Position numbers and translations under genes: made by a program
Part shown: piece after piece, positions 20,666-32,269 of the stretch
How the letters are laid out: each line of letters starts with the position of its first letter
How positions within the stretch are numbered: the stretch's first letter is position 1
Origin: an uncultured virus (IMG/VR IMGVR_UViG_3300031565_000002)
Lineage: Duplodnaviria; Heunggongvirae; Uroviricota; Caudoviricetes
Length of the DNA stretch: 64,000 nucleotides
Strand: one strand, 5' to 3'
IMG/VR virus record: IMGVR_UViG_3300031565_000002
Notes under the pieces: generated by a model
Seen by the model: only the letters and a program-made list of their open reading frames with translations
Databases searched by the model: none
What the model was told of the DNA's origin: nothing

Positions 20666-20706
20666 CACTTCTCCATTTTAATAAATAACTATTCCTAATC
20701 TATCTT

Positions 20707-20735
20707 AATATAACACGAAATACTAAAAAAGTCAA
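20707..20735 (-). promoter_or_regulatory. sigma70-type promoter
   Basis: TTGACT-17 nt-TATATT. Confidence 0.8.
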
Positions 20736-22061
20736 CAACTTTATGAAATTATTTTTATCCGTTATTTAATTACTTTATTTTCATCTTTAAAAATATCGTA
20801 TATTTCTCTTGGTCTCACATAAATCTTCCTTAAAGACCCTTCCTTACCACATTTTTTACAATCACCATATACAGCAAAAGGGCTTTTATTGTATTCAGTA
20901 CGCTTTTTCAACTTATTTGCACAAGACATACACACACCATGATAATGCTTCTTTACCGTAGATCTTCTTCCTACATCAACACACTTCGTCCCTGCTGGCT
21001 TACCGCATATCTGACAAATATCATCCCAATTACCACTATCACTTTCATCGTGCTCTTTTAATTTATTAAGTTTTACGGCACATACTGAGCATATCATCTT
21101 ACGCATTATTATCTCTCACAGCATCTAATCTCTCTTTATTCTTATCTTTTTCGTTACATACATCACTATCTATATTTTCCTTCTTTATCTTTGGCTTTCT
21201 GGGACACCAACTAGGGACATTGCATTCTTTTTTGGTGTGATGCGGCCTACAACCACACGTTATGACCTTATCGTTTTTAGCCTTACATACTACCTTAACA
21301 TCATCATCACAAAACCAATCGTAAGGATCTGGATCAGACAAAACTTTATGCTCTGGACATTCAGTACAATTACTAACTTCAAAATTTATTATCATTTCAG
21401 CCCCTTTATCCTAAATCCCCTCACGGGCCTATCCTCATCCTTCCGATATAATCTCATAGCCTTCGCAACATCAACAAAATCTTTATCTAACATTTCAATT
21501 TCTTTTCTTAATTTCTCGATACTTTTATTGTACTGATCCATGTCAGCACTCCGCTGATTTTGAAAATTATTACGCTCATTATGAATAAACTCTTTAAATT
21601 TGCCTATCGCTTCATCTCTTTTAACTATTTCATCAAGGAATAAATCATCCGCTGCTTCTTTATCTTTCAAAACCCTAACTATTCTTTTGCTATGCTCACT
21701 AATCATAGTATTTGCTGCAGATAAATCTATCTGCAATCTTTCCTTATCTAACGATAATTCTCTACAATCATTCTTTAACTCATTAATTCGATCATCGAGT
21801 AATACTATAGTATGCCCTTTAGAAGTTACAAGAACATCTCTTTGGTCAACTTCAGAAACTAATATCGAAAGTTTACTCTCATATTCAGACTCCCTAAAAT
21901 GAAGCATACCATCAACATTAACTTCCCAAATAAATACTTTATTCAATTTAAATGAATAATATCTCTCATCATTACCTATGGTGGTTATTTTGCACCAATT
22001 TACAAAAAACCAATGATAAGCACCATCAGGAGAACTTTTAAAAAGAAACGGAAATACCTTC

Positions 22062-22499
22062 CTAAACCAACCCATGTTCATCCCTTATCCCCTGTCTAAC
22101 TAACATTAAAATTATTCCTAAATTATTGCGCCCATTTTCAAGCTTCCCGCACACACCCCAAAAATTATCTCCATGAAAATTAATCTCAACTATTTCTTCA
22201 TTGCCAGTATGAAGCAACTTTCTTCTTAATTCTGGGATCCTGAACTTCAACATCACAATATCGGTCATGATACCAACTTTTATATCGTCCCAATTAGGAC
22301 GAAGAACCAATTCGTGACCTTTTCTTTTTGCTGCACTTGCACCCTTTGCATAAGAAATAGCAATTCTATTTTCTACGGATGTCGTCTTGGATGCTTGAAA
22401 TGCATGTTCAACTGTAGGGTATTGAATACCTTCATATTCAATTATAGAAGGAGAAAAATTAGACAAGAAATAATATTCCCCACGAAAAGTGCCTATCAT
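22062..22499 (-). CDS. NADAR (YbiA-like) family protein
   Basis: FLSNF, YPTVEHAFQASK, LRPNWD, D.FWG, G.N.LG..LM. Confidence 0.92.
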   Translation of the reverse strand: MIGTFRGEYYFLSNFSPSIIEYEGIQYPTVEHAFQASKTTSVENRIAISYAKGASAAKRKGHELVLRPNWDDIKVGIMTDIVMLKFRIPELRRKLLHTGNEEIVEINFHGDNFWGVCGKLENGRNNLGIILMLVRQGIRDEHGLV

Positions 22500-23569
22500 T
22501 ATATCTTACTCAATTTCTCCATTACTTCCCTTTTAACATCTGCTACAATTCTTGATTTCTCAATTCTTTTCTCAAGGGGCTCTTTTGAAATCTGCTTGAC
22601 ATCAACTACGCCCTTCAACAACTTTATAGCACTGATAATCTGCTCTGAATCTTCACATGGTATATCCTTTTCCATTACCACCAAAAAACCGCTAATTTGA
22701 TCTGCCATCATTACTCCTTATTATTGCGTTCAATTTTTTTCTGTGCTCTGCGATCACCTTCTTTTTTTTTTCTTTTCTGTCGCTTACGTGCCCTATCTTT
22801 ATATCGTTTACTACCAGGAAGAAAACTTAATTCATCCTTTTGTTTTTTCTTCTTTTTTTTATCTTTAGAATCAGTCTGGGCTTCTGCTTCCTTAGTCGCA
22901 TCATCTAACATTTTTTTTAACATATTTTCTCCAAATATATTATTCTTTTTGGCTACGCCTAATTGTCATTTCGCCAAGCTCATACCCACATATAACAGGG
23001 CCTTTCCATACCCAATGACACCCGCTTTCATCATTTATCTGACCCCAGTTATCAGGATCACCATACGTAGCAAGTGCACGATCAATAGGAATTTCTCCAC
23101 CATCAACCGCTATCTTAATAAGATCGCCTGAAGTCAAAGGCTTAACCATGTTGTCCCCTATCTACTATAGTTCATTTGTCTCATATGTGTATCACATAAA
23201 ATCTTCTTTGCTTTACTTTCAGACTGTGACATACTCCCACTTTCACCACAAACTTCACATACAACTGCCGCTTCCTGCGAAAAAGCAAAGGCGATTCTGC
23301 TCATCATTATATCGAAAGCATCATCGCCTGTTTTTTTAAATTTAATAATCATAGAACCATATCTCTGCTTAATACTTTCAAGACGTGGTTTCTTTTTGCT
23401 ATCCAATAACTTTAATTTGGAACACATTAAATCTATTACCTTAAACCACCCACTATCGCACTCTATCTTCTCAGAATCTCGCTCCCAAAAGAAATCCTTA
23501 TATTTTTCATATAAGCCTACTTCGGTAATCATCTTTCTCTCCTTGCGTTATCCCATAAAAAAATTAAAG

Positions 23570-23641
23570 AGCGGGAAACGGGGCTCGAACCCGCAACAAC
23601 CACCTTGGGAAGGTGATACTCTACCATTGAGTTATCCCCGC
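23570..23641 (-). tRNA. tRNA-Gly(CCC)
   Basis: GCG acceptor, loop TTCCCAA, U73. Confidence 0.9.
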
Positions 23642-23684
23642 TTATTCTTTAAATTTATAACCAAAATAATCTATTTTAAAAAAG

Positions 23685-23759
23685 TACCCCCGGCAGGGCT
23701 CGAACCTGCGACCCCAACTTTAGGAGAGTTGTGCTCTGATCCTGCTGAGCTACGGGGGC
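23685..23759 (-). tRNA. tRNA-Arg(CCT)
   Basis: Loop CTCCTAA, A20. Confidence 0.9.
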
Positions 23760-23765
23760 TTAAAT

Positions 23766-23840
23766 CACCCGTGGAGGGACTCGAACCCCCGACCCCTGAT
23801 TTCGGAAACCAGTGCTCTAATCCTACTGAGCTACACGGGC
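23766..23840 (-). tRNA. tRNA-Arg(CCG)
   Basis: Loop TTCCGAA, A20. Confidence 0.9.
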
Positions 23841-25186
23841 ATTAATATTCATGTAATTTATAATCGGGAATATATTGATCTTTTCCCGTCTTCCTTTTTC
23901 CCTTATCTGCCGAATGAATCATATCTATTCTCTTCTTACCTCTTTTGGCAGATTTATTAATTCTATCTAAAGAATCACTCTCAACTTTACCCTTATCTTT
24001 ACTCATTCTATAGCATCCAACCTCTTGTCAACATTATTTCTATTTGCAAGTTTTTTAACTTCTTTATCAATGTCGTCAAAATTTACAGAGAACCTTACAG
24101 AAAAATATTCCATTATCCTATCTAATTTATCGACCCTATCTCTTAATAATTGATTCTCAGTCTGTAAACAAGATACAGTTATACCAGTAACATTAGTCTT
24201 AATCTCATCATTGAAAACAGCACCTTGATTACCTATTATATCGCCTTCAATATAAACATCCCCATTTACTCTCAAAGGGCCATTTATTCTACGTAATCTA
24301 TCGTCAATACCCCCACTAAACCCAGACTTAATATTGCTATTACTATTTGGATTCCAATAACTATTCTTTTCAAAATCTATCGGACCACCACGCTCATTAA
24401 CATTATTATAATTACAATCATCATCCAACGGACAATTTTGAGAAAGATTATGTCCCGTAAACCTACACAAATTACTCATACAACGCTACCTCTTAGAGTT
24501 ATTCCCTTTCGCATCCCCAGCATCTGACTGTTCAGCCATATGAAGTAAACGAGCAAAATCATCATCCGATAATGGGAATCCTAATTTTCCCCTTTCTTTC
24601 GCATACCCTCTAAGAACTTCCTCTGTACTACCACTCTCTCCTCTTATAAGACGAAGCAAAGAAACTTCCATTGCTGCAAGAGAAATAGCTAACTCCTTTA
24701 ATCTTTTCATCTTCATAATTATTTTGTCTGTATCCCATGCTCATTACATTCATCAAATTTAACTCTTGCAGCAACTTTCGAAGATCTCAATTTCTCTACA
24801 GATGCAATCTTTTTTTGGTCAAGCGTATCCTTTCCAAACATCATACCTTCCGGATCGTCACGATAATCCCATACTCCACCCATCGAATATTTCGCCTTCG
24901 GGTGTTCAAATGGATTCTTGTATTTTTTCGTATCTTCATCGGTTACATCATCTGGCCAATCAGCAATAACTTCTAACGCCAGACCTAACGGATGAAAAAA
25001 TAATCGGTTTGCTTCCTGCAAAAACCCCTTATTCCTAAACTCCTTAATATTCATTCTCTTAATTTTTTGTGCCATAACTACTCCCATTTATATTATAAGA
25101 TGTACACCTATAATATAACAATAAGATAGCGACTAGTAAAAAATAACGAAATTTATTTCATCATTTATGTACATTGCAAATAAAAA

Positions 25187-25260
25187 TGTCCCCATCAGGA
25201 TTCGAACCTGAAACACCTGGATTAGAAGTCCAGGATTCTATCCAATTGAATTATGGGGAC
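25187..25260 (-). tRNA. tRNA-Arg(TCT)
   Basis: Loop CTTCTAA. Confidence 0.88.
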
Positions 25261-25880
25261 GCATATCTTTTCGTCCTTGATGAATTTTTGTTTTTACTCT
25301 TATAGGTAGGTAATTGCATATCACAATTACCACAAACCACTCTGCAATTGCTGATTGCCCAGTTCGATGAATCTCCATCTATATGATCAAAGACCAATGG
25401 TACCGGTAACCATCTCCAAATTTTAATACCACAAATTTCGCATTGATGCCCCCTTAATTCTATAAGTAGTTTTTTGGCTCTACTACAATCAGAATTACCG
25501 TCTAAATTAGGAAATACACCAACATTAAGCACCAATTTTTTCCATTCACTCCGCCGATAATCATGTTGACATCTAATTTTACAAAACTTATTATTAAACG
25601 TTAAATTACCACAGAACAAGCATGAACGCCAGCGTTTTACATCTCTTATCCTATTTTTATTATTATAAGTAGATGAGCATGAAAGATCGCAAAATTTATT
25701 CATCCTTTTTTCATAAGGAAGAATAGCATTACAGTTAAGACATCTTTTCTTTAATTGGTGATATTTCTCTAATGCCTTTTTCTTTTGTCTTACTCGACAA
25801 TCATCCATAGCTTCTTTACTTTTTAAATAACCAATTCTACCGGCATCTACTCTACTAATTTTTCTCAATTTTACCGCCAT
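25251..25880 (-). CDS. HNH homing endonuclease
   Basis: DHIDGDSSNWAISNCRVVCGNCD; stop lies inside 5' end of tRNA-Arg. Confidence 0.85.
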   Translation of the reverse strand: MAVKLRKISRVDAGRIGYLKSKEAMDDCRVRQKKKALEKYHQLKKRCLNCNAILPYEKRMNKFCDLSCSSTYNNKNRIRDVKRWRSCLFCGNLTFNNKFCKIRCQHDYRRSEWKKLVLNVGVFPNLDGNSDCSRAKKLLIELRGHQCEICGIKIWRWLPVPLVFDHIDGDSSNWAISNCRVVCGNCDMQLPTYKSKNKNSSRTKRYASP

Positions 25881-26184
25881 ATCAAATATAATACTAACGA
25901 TAACCTATCTGATTCCTACACCATGACTGACAAAACTCTTCCGCTGTTAATTTTTGCAATTCTTCATCATTCCTTAATGAGATATGACCATCCGACAACC
26001 ACTTAATCGTATTAATATCAGACATACCTGTAACAGAATGATCATAAACAATAATTGCTAAACATTCATGCTTATCATCTTCAACCGGACAAACAAATGT
26101 ACCCATCTTCATTGCAATCCTCCATTGACTACAATATAACGATACAAATATGAAAGTAAAAAGGATAATACTAAAAAAGGTAAG

Positions 26185-26258
<74 letters not shown>

Positions 26259-26653
26259 GTAATATCATTTATCAAACTCTATCATGTAAGCTGTTTTAAT
26301 AGTTGTAATACCAGTTCCATCTGGATGAGGATCATGAACCATAGCCCCATTATAAAATACTACTGCATGCCCCCTATCAGAACCCCTCGGCGAACCACCA
26401 CTTACAACATAATATCCATCAACACCAATTTTATAATCAAGTATTTTTTTCTCTCCATACAATGATCCGGCATACATAAAACCATGAGGTCTAAGGACAC
26501 TACATAACGGATTAAACCATACGCCATTATTTAAATATTGAAAACCTTCAAATTCAGACAGGATGATTTCGGTAACAGATGAAATAGCAGCCCAAAAACA
26601 ATTCCCAATTATTCCTTTTGAAGGATTACTAATCACAGTCTGCATTACCGGCT

Positions 26654-27277
26654 TCATTCATCACCTAAATCTTTATATGCCTTATCAGCTATTCCCTGAT
26701 ACCATTTTCTCAGACGAGTAATACCCCACCTGACAAAATCTTTCAAAAAATTATTAAAAAGAGTCCATAAAAGCGAGAACGGCCAGTAAATAACCCATAC
26801 TGCTATACCACCCTTATGTTCCATAGCCACTGGCTTTTTAAGGTCATAAGGCACTTTCCATTCATCACGCCTATCTCTTTCAGGATTAGCATCAAATTCA
26901 TCTTTTGCCAATTTTACTTTATCTGCCCTACTATTAACATACATTATCCACTTAACAAAAGACCATATAAAGCCCATGCCAATATAACCTAACACCTTCA
27001 ATGCAACCGCAACTGGTTGCCAAATCATAAATCCAAATATGGCTAAATCACCAAAAATGAAGCCCCATACATCTAATCTCCCCATAAATTGAAGAAAGAA
27101 AAAGCATAATATAAGCGCAATTATACCAGCACCAAAACTCTCCTTCTCAACTATGAAGAAAACCCATATAATAAAAGCCAACATTGCTGCATACCAACCT
27201 GCAGCCCCAAAAACAAAAAAACCTAAAAACGCTACCCATGCCGCTCCCATATATATCCTCCTATTGCTAAAAAACAA
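26654..27277 (-). CDS. multi-pass membrane protein
   Basis: Several hydrophobic segments. Confidence 0.65.
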   Translation of the reverse strand: MFFSNRRIYMGAAWVAFLGFFVFGAAGWYAAMLAFIIWVFFIVEKESFGAGIIALILCFFFLQFMGRLDVWGFIFGDLAIFGFMIWQPVAVALKVLGYIGMGFIWSFVKWIMYVNSRADKVKLAKDEFDANPERDRRDEWKVPYDLKKPVAMEHKGGIAVWVIYWPFSLLWTLFNNFLKDFVRWGITRLRKWYQGIADKAYKDLGDE

Positions 27278-27328
27278 TACTATTATCTAGCAATAATATA
27301 TAAATCATCAGAAAAAAGTAAAATTAAA

Positions 27329-27400
27329 TAGCGCTACGGGGATTCGAACCCCGGCCGAATGACTGAGAATCACCCATCCTAACCCCTAGACGATAGCGCC
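27329..27400 (-). tRNA. tRNA-Glu(CTC)
   Basis: TCGTCTAG D arm, loop TTCTCAG. Confidence 0.9.
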
Positions 27401-28220
27401 ATAAATTTTAGAATTTTTTTCTTATCAACACTCTAACGATACCAACGAATAATCTGACTGTTAGGACAACAGGCCAGGCAATGACGAAGAGAAATTCTTG
27501 TACTTCGGAGAAATCGTAAAAATCGACTAATATTTCTTCACCCTTAACAATCGCTTTTAAAACCATACCAATAATAAGATACACTAAACTGACCGTCACC
27601 CATACCAATATGAGTTCAGCCATTATCCCCCTATTCTTTCTTTTTGCCCTCCATCGCTCTTAATGCTTTTACATAAGGGACATTATCAATATCTTCATCG
27701 GTAATTTCTTCAAGTTCATCCATAGAATCTATTTTCCCCCACCAACTCTCAGCACCATATACTACTTTATTAAGACTGGGTATTAATATCGCAGGATTAT
27801 GACCGGCAAAAGAAGTCTTTACCTTGTCCCCTTCTAATGATGCATTAATTCCAGTGGCTAATTCACCAATATAAACCCCAAGGTATGTTTTTCCATCATA
27901 CTCATTACCACAAGGTCTTATCTTAACTAATTGCCCTGGTTCACAATACCTACTATTAAGAACAGCCGTATCATCAGACTCTACACTTTTTACCCTTGAC
28001 CACCCTGCTATTTCATTTATCACCATCGCCAATATTTTCTCAATATTAAACCCTTTATCTTCGGTCCTGGCAAAACCAACCATAATAGCATCGTCAAAAA
28101 CTTCCTTCAATTCAGGAAGTTTTTCTATATCAAGATTATAGTCTTTCTTTAATCTCTCAAGAATCTGATCTACTGCCTTCTCGTCCCTTTCAATTTCTTC
28201 CTTAAACCCCATATTACTCC

Positions 28221-28952
28221 CTACTTCTTTAACTTCGCTAAAAGCCTTAATACTTCGAGATACAACCATACCATCGTAACTAATATTCCGAAAGCACAAT
28301 ACCATTCCATGTACTTCGGTGCACCCCTACTTATTGATCTCTCTATAGTGTCAAAATCAAGTATTAAATTTAAAGATGCAACAACCACGATACCTATACT
28401 GATACCAACACCAATCCATCCACCCTCATGAATATACGGAACATGTATATGAAAAATTGCTCTCATTAATATGTCGGCAATATATACAAGGCAAATTGCC
28501 CCAGTCGCTGCTATAACTCCTGCCCTAAAACCCTGAGTAGCACGTATAAGCCTCGCTTTATATGCTAATAACATTGTAATCAGTATACCAAACGTCAACA
28601 TTAATGCCTGTGATACAATACCAGGATATTTAGCATTAAAAACTGCTGATACACTCCCTAATACAACCCCTTCCAGAATAGCATAAACAGGAGATGTAAA
28701 CATTGAAATCTTTGGATTAAAAATAGTAACAATGGCAATCACAAAACCTACAAGCAAAGCGGGAATAACAAACCCTGGAAATCCATCTGTCGGAGTAATA
28801 CTCCACGCCCATCCAGCCACGACTACCAAAAGAATAGACAAAAACCCAGTCCTATTAATAGTCCCCTGCAACGTCATTTGTGTATAATTAGCTACATCGA
28901 GCCCTCTAAATCTTCTGTCTGAGAGTGCTGGATTAGATGTGCGCATTATCAC
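28221..28952 (-). CDS. Bax inhibitor-1/YccA family membrane protein
   Basis: MRTSNPAL start, YAILEG, LILDFD.IE, PKYMEWY.AFG..VT.VWLYLEVLRLL. Confidence 0.9.
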   Translation of the reverse strand: MIMRTSNPALSDRRFRGLDVANYTQMTLQGTINRTGFLSILLVVVAGWAWSITPTDGFPGFVIPALLVGFVIAIVTIFNPKISMFTSPVYAILEGVVLGSVSAVFNAKYPGIVSQALMLTFGILITMLLAYKARLIRATQGFRAGVIAATGAICLVYIADILMRAIFHIHVPYIHEGGWIGVGISIGIVVVASLNLILDFDTIERSISRGAPKYMEWYCAFGILVTMVWLYLEVLRLLAKLKK

Positions 28953-29005
28953 TCCTTTTAAATAGTTAATAAGAAACGGTGGTGGGAAATCCCACCACCT
29001 TATAT

Positions 29006-29080
29006 TGGTACGCCCGAGAGGACTTGAACCCCCGACGCGCAGATCTAGAATCTACCGTTCTGCCACTGAACTACAGGCGC
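29006..29080 (-). tRNA. amber suppressor tRNA (CTA anticodon)
   Basis: Stem GTAGA/TCTGC closing loop TTCTAGA; complete cloverleaf with CCA. Confidence 0.85.
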
Positions 29081-29083
29081 ATA

Positions 29084-29377
29084 TTATGCAAGCGGTAACT
29101 TCTTGAATACCTCCCCCGTATCTATACAGGCAATAGCAGTCAATTGGCTATGAAGATCAGGCTCATAGAACCCAACCCATTTTTTACCTTTATCGGTAAG
29201 TTTTTCTGACCATAGCAACAGAACTTTTTCATTAGGGACACCTAAATGAATTAATGTGGAATTATTCCACTCTCGATATGCATTTAAATCGCCCCTAAGA
29301 GAATATTCAGAAATCGCATGACCACCCTGTACGTTACGATAGGTTTCATCAAGATCTCTACGCACAAGCACGTACAT
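29084..29377 (-). CDS. peptidyl-tRNA hydrolase 2-like protein
   Basis: MYVLVRRDL..VQGGHA, F.EPDL..QLTAIA, KLPL motifs of the Pth2 fold; start uncertain. Confidence 0.7.
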   Translation of the reverse strand: MYVLVRRDLDETYRNVQGGHAISEYSLRGDLNAYREWNNSTLIHLGVPNEKVLLLWSEKLTDKGKKWVGFYEPDLHSQLTAIACIDTGEVFKKLPLA

Positions 29378-29669
29378 CTTCTTCTGTCTGCGAGTATTCA
29401 TCGATAATCTCCTGAATAAGGTCTTTATTAGGCTCATTCCCCTCTCTACATTTCGGTTCAATTTGCTCATAAGACCTTCCTCGCATCAGGCTATATGCAA
29501 TATGCTTATGCCTATATTCTCTCCTAAACTTTAAAAGAGCGTACTGCAGACTTCCTGCATACTCTCCTTTTTTCTGTGTATCTTTTGTCTCAATTTTTGT
29601 TTCTTTAATCTTTACCGCCATTTCCTTTAACTCTTCTTTGAGAGTCTTAAAATTTTTCTTCTTTTCCAT
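29358..29669 (-). CDS. hypothetical protein
   Basis: 103-aa ORF overlapping the Pth2-like gene; RBS within a hairpin. Confidence 0.7.
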   Translation of the reverse strand: MEKKKNFKTLKEELKEMAVKIKETKIETKDTQKKGEYAGSLQYALLKFRREYRHKHIAYSLMRGRSYEQIEPKCREGNEPNKDLIQEIIDEYSQTEEDVRACA

Positions 29670-29734
29670 GATTATATCCTTGTTTAAATTGTTGTTTTAG
29701 TTAATAAATAATCGACAATCAAGAATATAACCAC

Positions 29735-29788
29735 TTATGGCGGTTTGTATATCGTAACCTATGTAGGCGCTAAATTAATCTACAACAT
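29735..29788 (-). promoter_or_regulatory. amber-interrupted leader ORF ML*INLAPT*VTIYKPP(TAA)
   Basis: AAGGAG RBS, ATG TTG TAG ... TAG ... CCG CCA TAA, then RBS-occluding hairpin arm. Confidence 0.65.
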
Positions 29789-29857
29789 ACGATTCTCCTT
29801 ATTAATAGGGTTTTTAAAATTTTCACTTATCATTAAGTTAAATTGATTCATAGTTAT

Positions 29858-29886
29858 AATATAACAAACAAGACTAATTTCGTCAA
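29858..29886 (-). promoter_or_regulatory. sigma70-type promoter
   Basis: TTGACG-17 nt-TATATT. Confidence 0.75.
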
Positions 29887-29953
29887 TAAATTAATAACTT
29901 TTTTTATAAATACGAATTATTAACTTATTTATTTGCCATCTTTTAAAAAAGAT

Positions 29954-30028
29954 TGGAGCGGTAGATGGGACTTGAACCCACAACCATCACCTTGGAAGGG
30001 TGACGCTCTACCATTGAGCTACTACCGC
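29954..30028 (-). tRNA. tRNA-Gly(TCC)
   Basis: Loop CTTCCAA, U73, CCA. Confidence 0.92.
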
Positions 30029-30031
30029 ATT

Positions 30032-30688
30032 TTATTTAAATTGTACATTCTTTTTTATATCAAGTTTTATATTAAATTTATCAAAACCAGCAAATCTTAA
30101 CATCGCTACTTGATCAGCATCGTAATTGAGCACTCTAACAGTATCAAATATCCGAAATTTATCAGGAAATAATTTCTGCAATTTACTTGCAATTACATAA
30201 TAATCATCGTAATATTTATTAATAGCGTCTTCTTTAGGGAGATCATACTTTGGATACATAGGATCCCATTGACCATAATCATCGTAATCACCATTTTCCC
30301 AATGCTGCGATTTCCTAGATGTCCAGTGATTAAATTCTCCCCTTTCTGATTTTGTCGCCTTCATAAAACTCCTAACAACAAGGTCTTTATCTCTCTTTAG
30401 ACAGATAACCTTAAACTCAACATTACGCTTAATATCCCTATCTTCCAATTTCAAAATAGTCTCAATATTAGGCAGATGATAAAAAGATACATCGCCAACA
30501 ATAGCCCCAGGTCTGGCCAATAAATTACTGATTATCCTATACATAAATATAGGATTGGCTCTCCAACTTGTCCATGTCCGGCCATACTCATGAGAAACAT
30601 ATTTAACATCGGGCTGCTCATTCAACAATGCAGCAAGGCTTTGAGTTCCACAACGTCCGGTACCAATACCAAAAATAATTCTTTTCAA
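30032..30688 (-). CDS. sulfotransferase-like P-loop protein
   Basis: IFGIGTGRCGTQSL..LL and L.RD...VRS motifs. Confidence 0.6.
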   Translation of the reverse strand: MKRIIFGIGTGRCGTQSLAALLNEQPDVKYVSHEYGRTWTSWRANPIFMYRIISNLLARPGAIVGDVSFYHLPNIETILKLEDRDIKRNVEFKVICLKRDKDLVVRSFMKATKSERGEFNHWTSRKSQHWENGDYDDYGQWDPMYPKYDLPKEDAINKYYDDYYVIASKLQKLFPDKFRIFDTVRVLNYDADQVAMLRFAGFDKFNIKLDIKKNVQFK

Positions 30689-31045
30689 ATCTTACTCCCG
30701 TTACTTTAATTCTATCCAATGACCATATTTTTTACTGGTCATACTAAACACCCATTCCTGCCTTAACCTACATCTTAAACAAGTTCTATTCTTATTTTCA
30801 AAAACAATATAACCATAAGAATCCACAAAAGGACGACGTATCTCTTGGTGCCATTCATGTAAATTTAGTGAACAAAGAATACTTCTCCTTTTTCCATTAT
30901 TCATGTTCTCCTTATGTAACAATAAAGTTATAATGATAATGTAGATTTTCACTACTGGCTTCTAGCACGTTAGAGGAGTCACACCTCCGCTCGTTTAGGG
31001 AATCAGCACCCCGCTCTACCACCACTATAACTGCGCTATTTTAAA

Positions 31046-31119
31046 TGGGCTGTGAGGGACTTGAACCCCCGGCAACCTGATTATGAGTCAGACACTCTAA
31101 CCAACTGAGTTAACAGCCC
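31046..31119 (-). tRNA. tRNA(CAT), probably Ile2
   Basis: Loop CTCATAA, GGGC acceptor; sits in the block whose leader has ATA codons. Confidence 0.8.
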
Positions 31120-31125
31120 TAAATA

Positions 31126-31956
31126 TTAAATCAACTCCCTCGCTCCCTTGAGCATATCCCTTGTAACGCTTAAATCATTGCAATACCAAGCGTCCCACAT
31201 ATAATCTTGAATATACCTGTATGGGATATAACCATAACCATCAGCGCCCCAATTCTCTCCCCAACTATTCTTAACTTTTATAAGCCTTTTATTATCATCG
31301 TACCCACATGCACATAAAGCATGTCCGCCATAACAATATTCTGGATTCGCCGGTCTTGAAATAACGCCAGTTTTATCTACGAAAAAAATCTCTTCAAAAC
31401 AAGCAATCCCTATTACAGCCGGTGTTTTACGGAGTGCCAATAAAAGCTCATCAAGATTATTAATCCTAAAATAAGTACCAACCAAAGACCATCTAGCAAC
31501 AAGTTTTGCCCATCCACTAGGCTCACCCTTCACTTCATCAGAATAAGGCCAAGCCTTTTCGCATGGGACTCCGATACGATTCAAAACTTTCATTGCTGCC
31601 CTTATTGATGTCCCTTCTAAATCGGGCCACTCATCAATCTTTTTGCATGACCAATAAATCCAAGACTCTGATAAATCATAATACTTACCGTCTCTATGGT
31701 CAAATTTACCGGCTTCAACTTCTTCTTTATGTTCCTTTTGCTCCTGCCACTCCTTCATTGCAGCGACAGCAAACCCAACGCAACTTCCTAAACCTCCCTG
31801 ATTTTTAACGGGCGACATAAGATTGCTATGGTCAACAATAGTAGGGACATCTGAATTAAACCTACTTTTTAACTCATCAATACTGAAACTATTCAAAAAA
31901 GGAAAATCTCTCTTATCGTCAGGATCTTTCCTGAGATTTAATTTGAAATCCATCAT
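31126..31956 (-). CDS. papain-family (C1) cysteine peptidase
   Basis: NQGGLGSCVGF, GGHA, KNSWG..WG..GY. Confidence 0.92.
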   Translation of the reverse strand: MMDFKLNLRKDPDDKRDFPFLNSFSIDELKSRFNSDVPTIVDHSNLMSPVKNQGGLGSCVGFAVAAMKEWQEQKEHKEEVEAGKFDHRDGKYYDLSESWIYWSCKKIDEWPDLEGTSIRAAMKVLNRIGVPCEKAWPYSDEVKGEPSGWAKLVARWSLVGTYFRINNLDELLLALRKTPAVIGIACFEEIFFVDKTGVISRPANPEYCYGGHALCACGYDDNKRLIKVKNSWGENWGADGYGYIPYRYIQDYMWDAWYCNDLSVTRDMLKGARELI

Positions 31957-32000
31957 AGTAATCTCCCTATGTTAAATTTATCCCTTATTATAAATAGATT

Positions 32001-32269
32001 AATCGTTCTCGTAAGCGGGATTCTGTTTATACTCTTACATTTACCTAATGCCCACGACCCGTTCATTATAGCCCTGCTCACCGACTAGAACTGTTTATGG
32101 TTGCATCATCGGTAGTGTAAACGATAGACGGGTGGACTTTCATCCGGTTAGACATACCCACCACAGTCACCTGTTAGAACCAGCTTTTAAGGTATCTATC
32201 TCCTACCTTCAGCAGAGATGTCCCGACTTTCCTCCCCCGATTTAACGAAGGCGTAAGAGCGGAACGATT
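32001..32269 (-). ncRNA. rnpB: RNase P RNA (compact)
   Basis: GAGGAAAGTCGGGA and AACAGAATCCCGCTTA form P4 with bulged U; P1, P2 (CTCTTAC/GTAAGAG), P3 present. Confidence 0.88.

Noticed and set aside
30962..31038. Additional tRNA
   Set aside because: T-arm-like and D-like pieces are present but stems and anticodon loop are irregular; at best a pseudogene.
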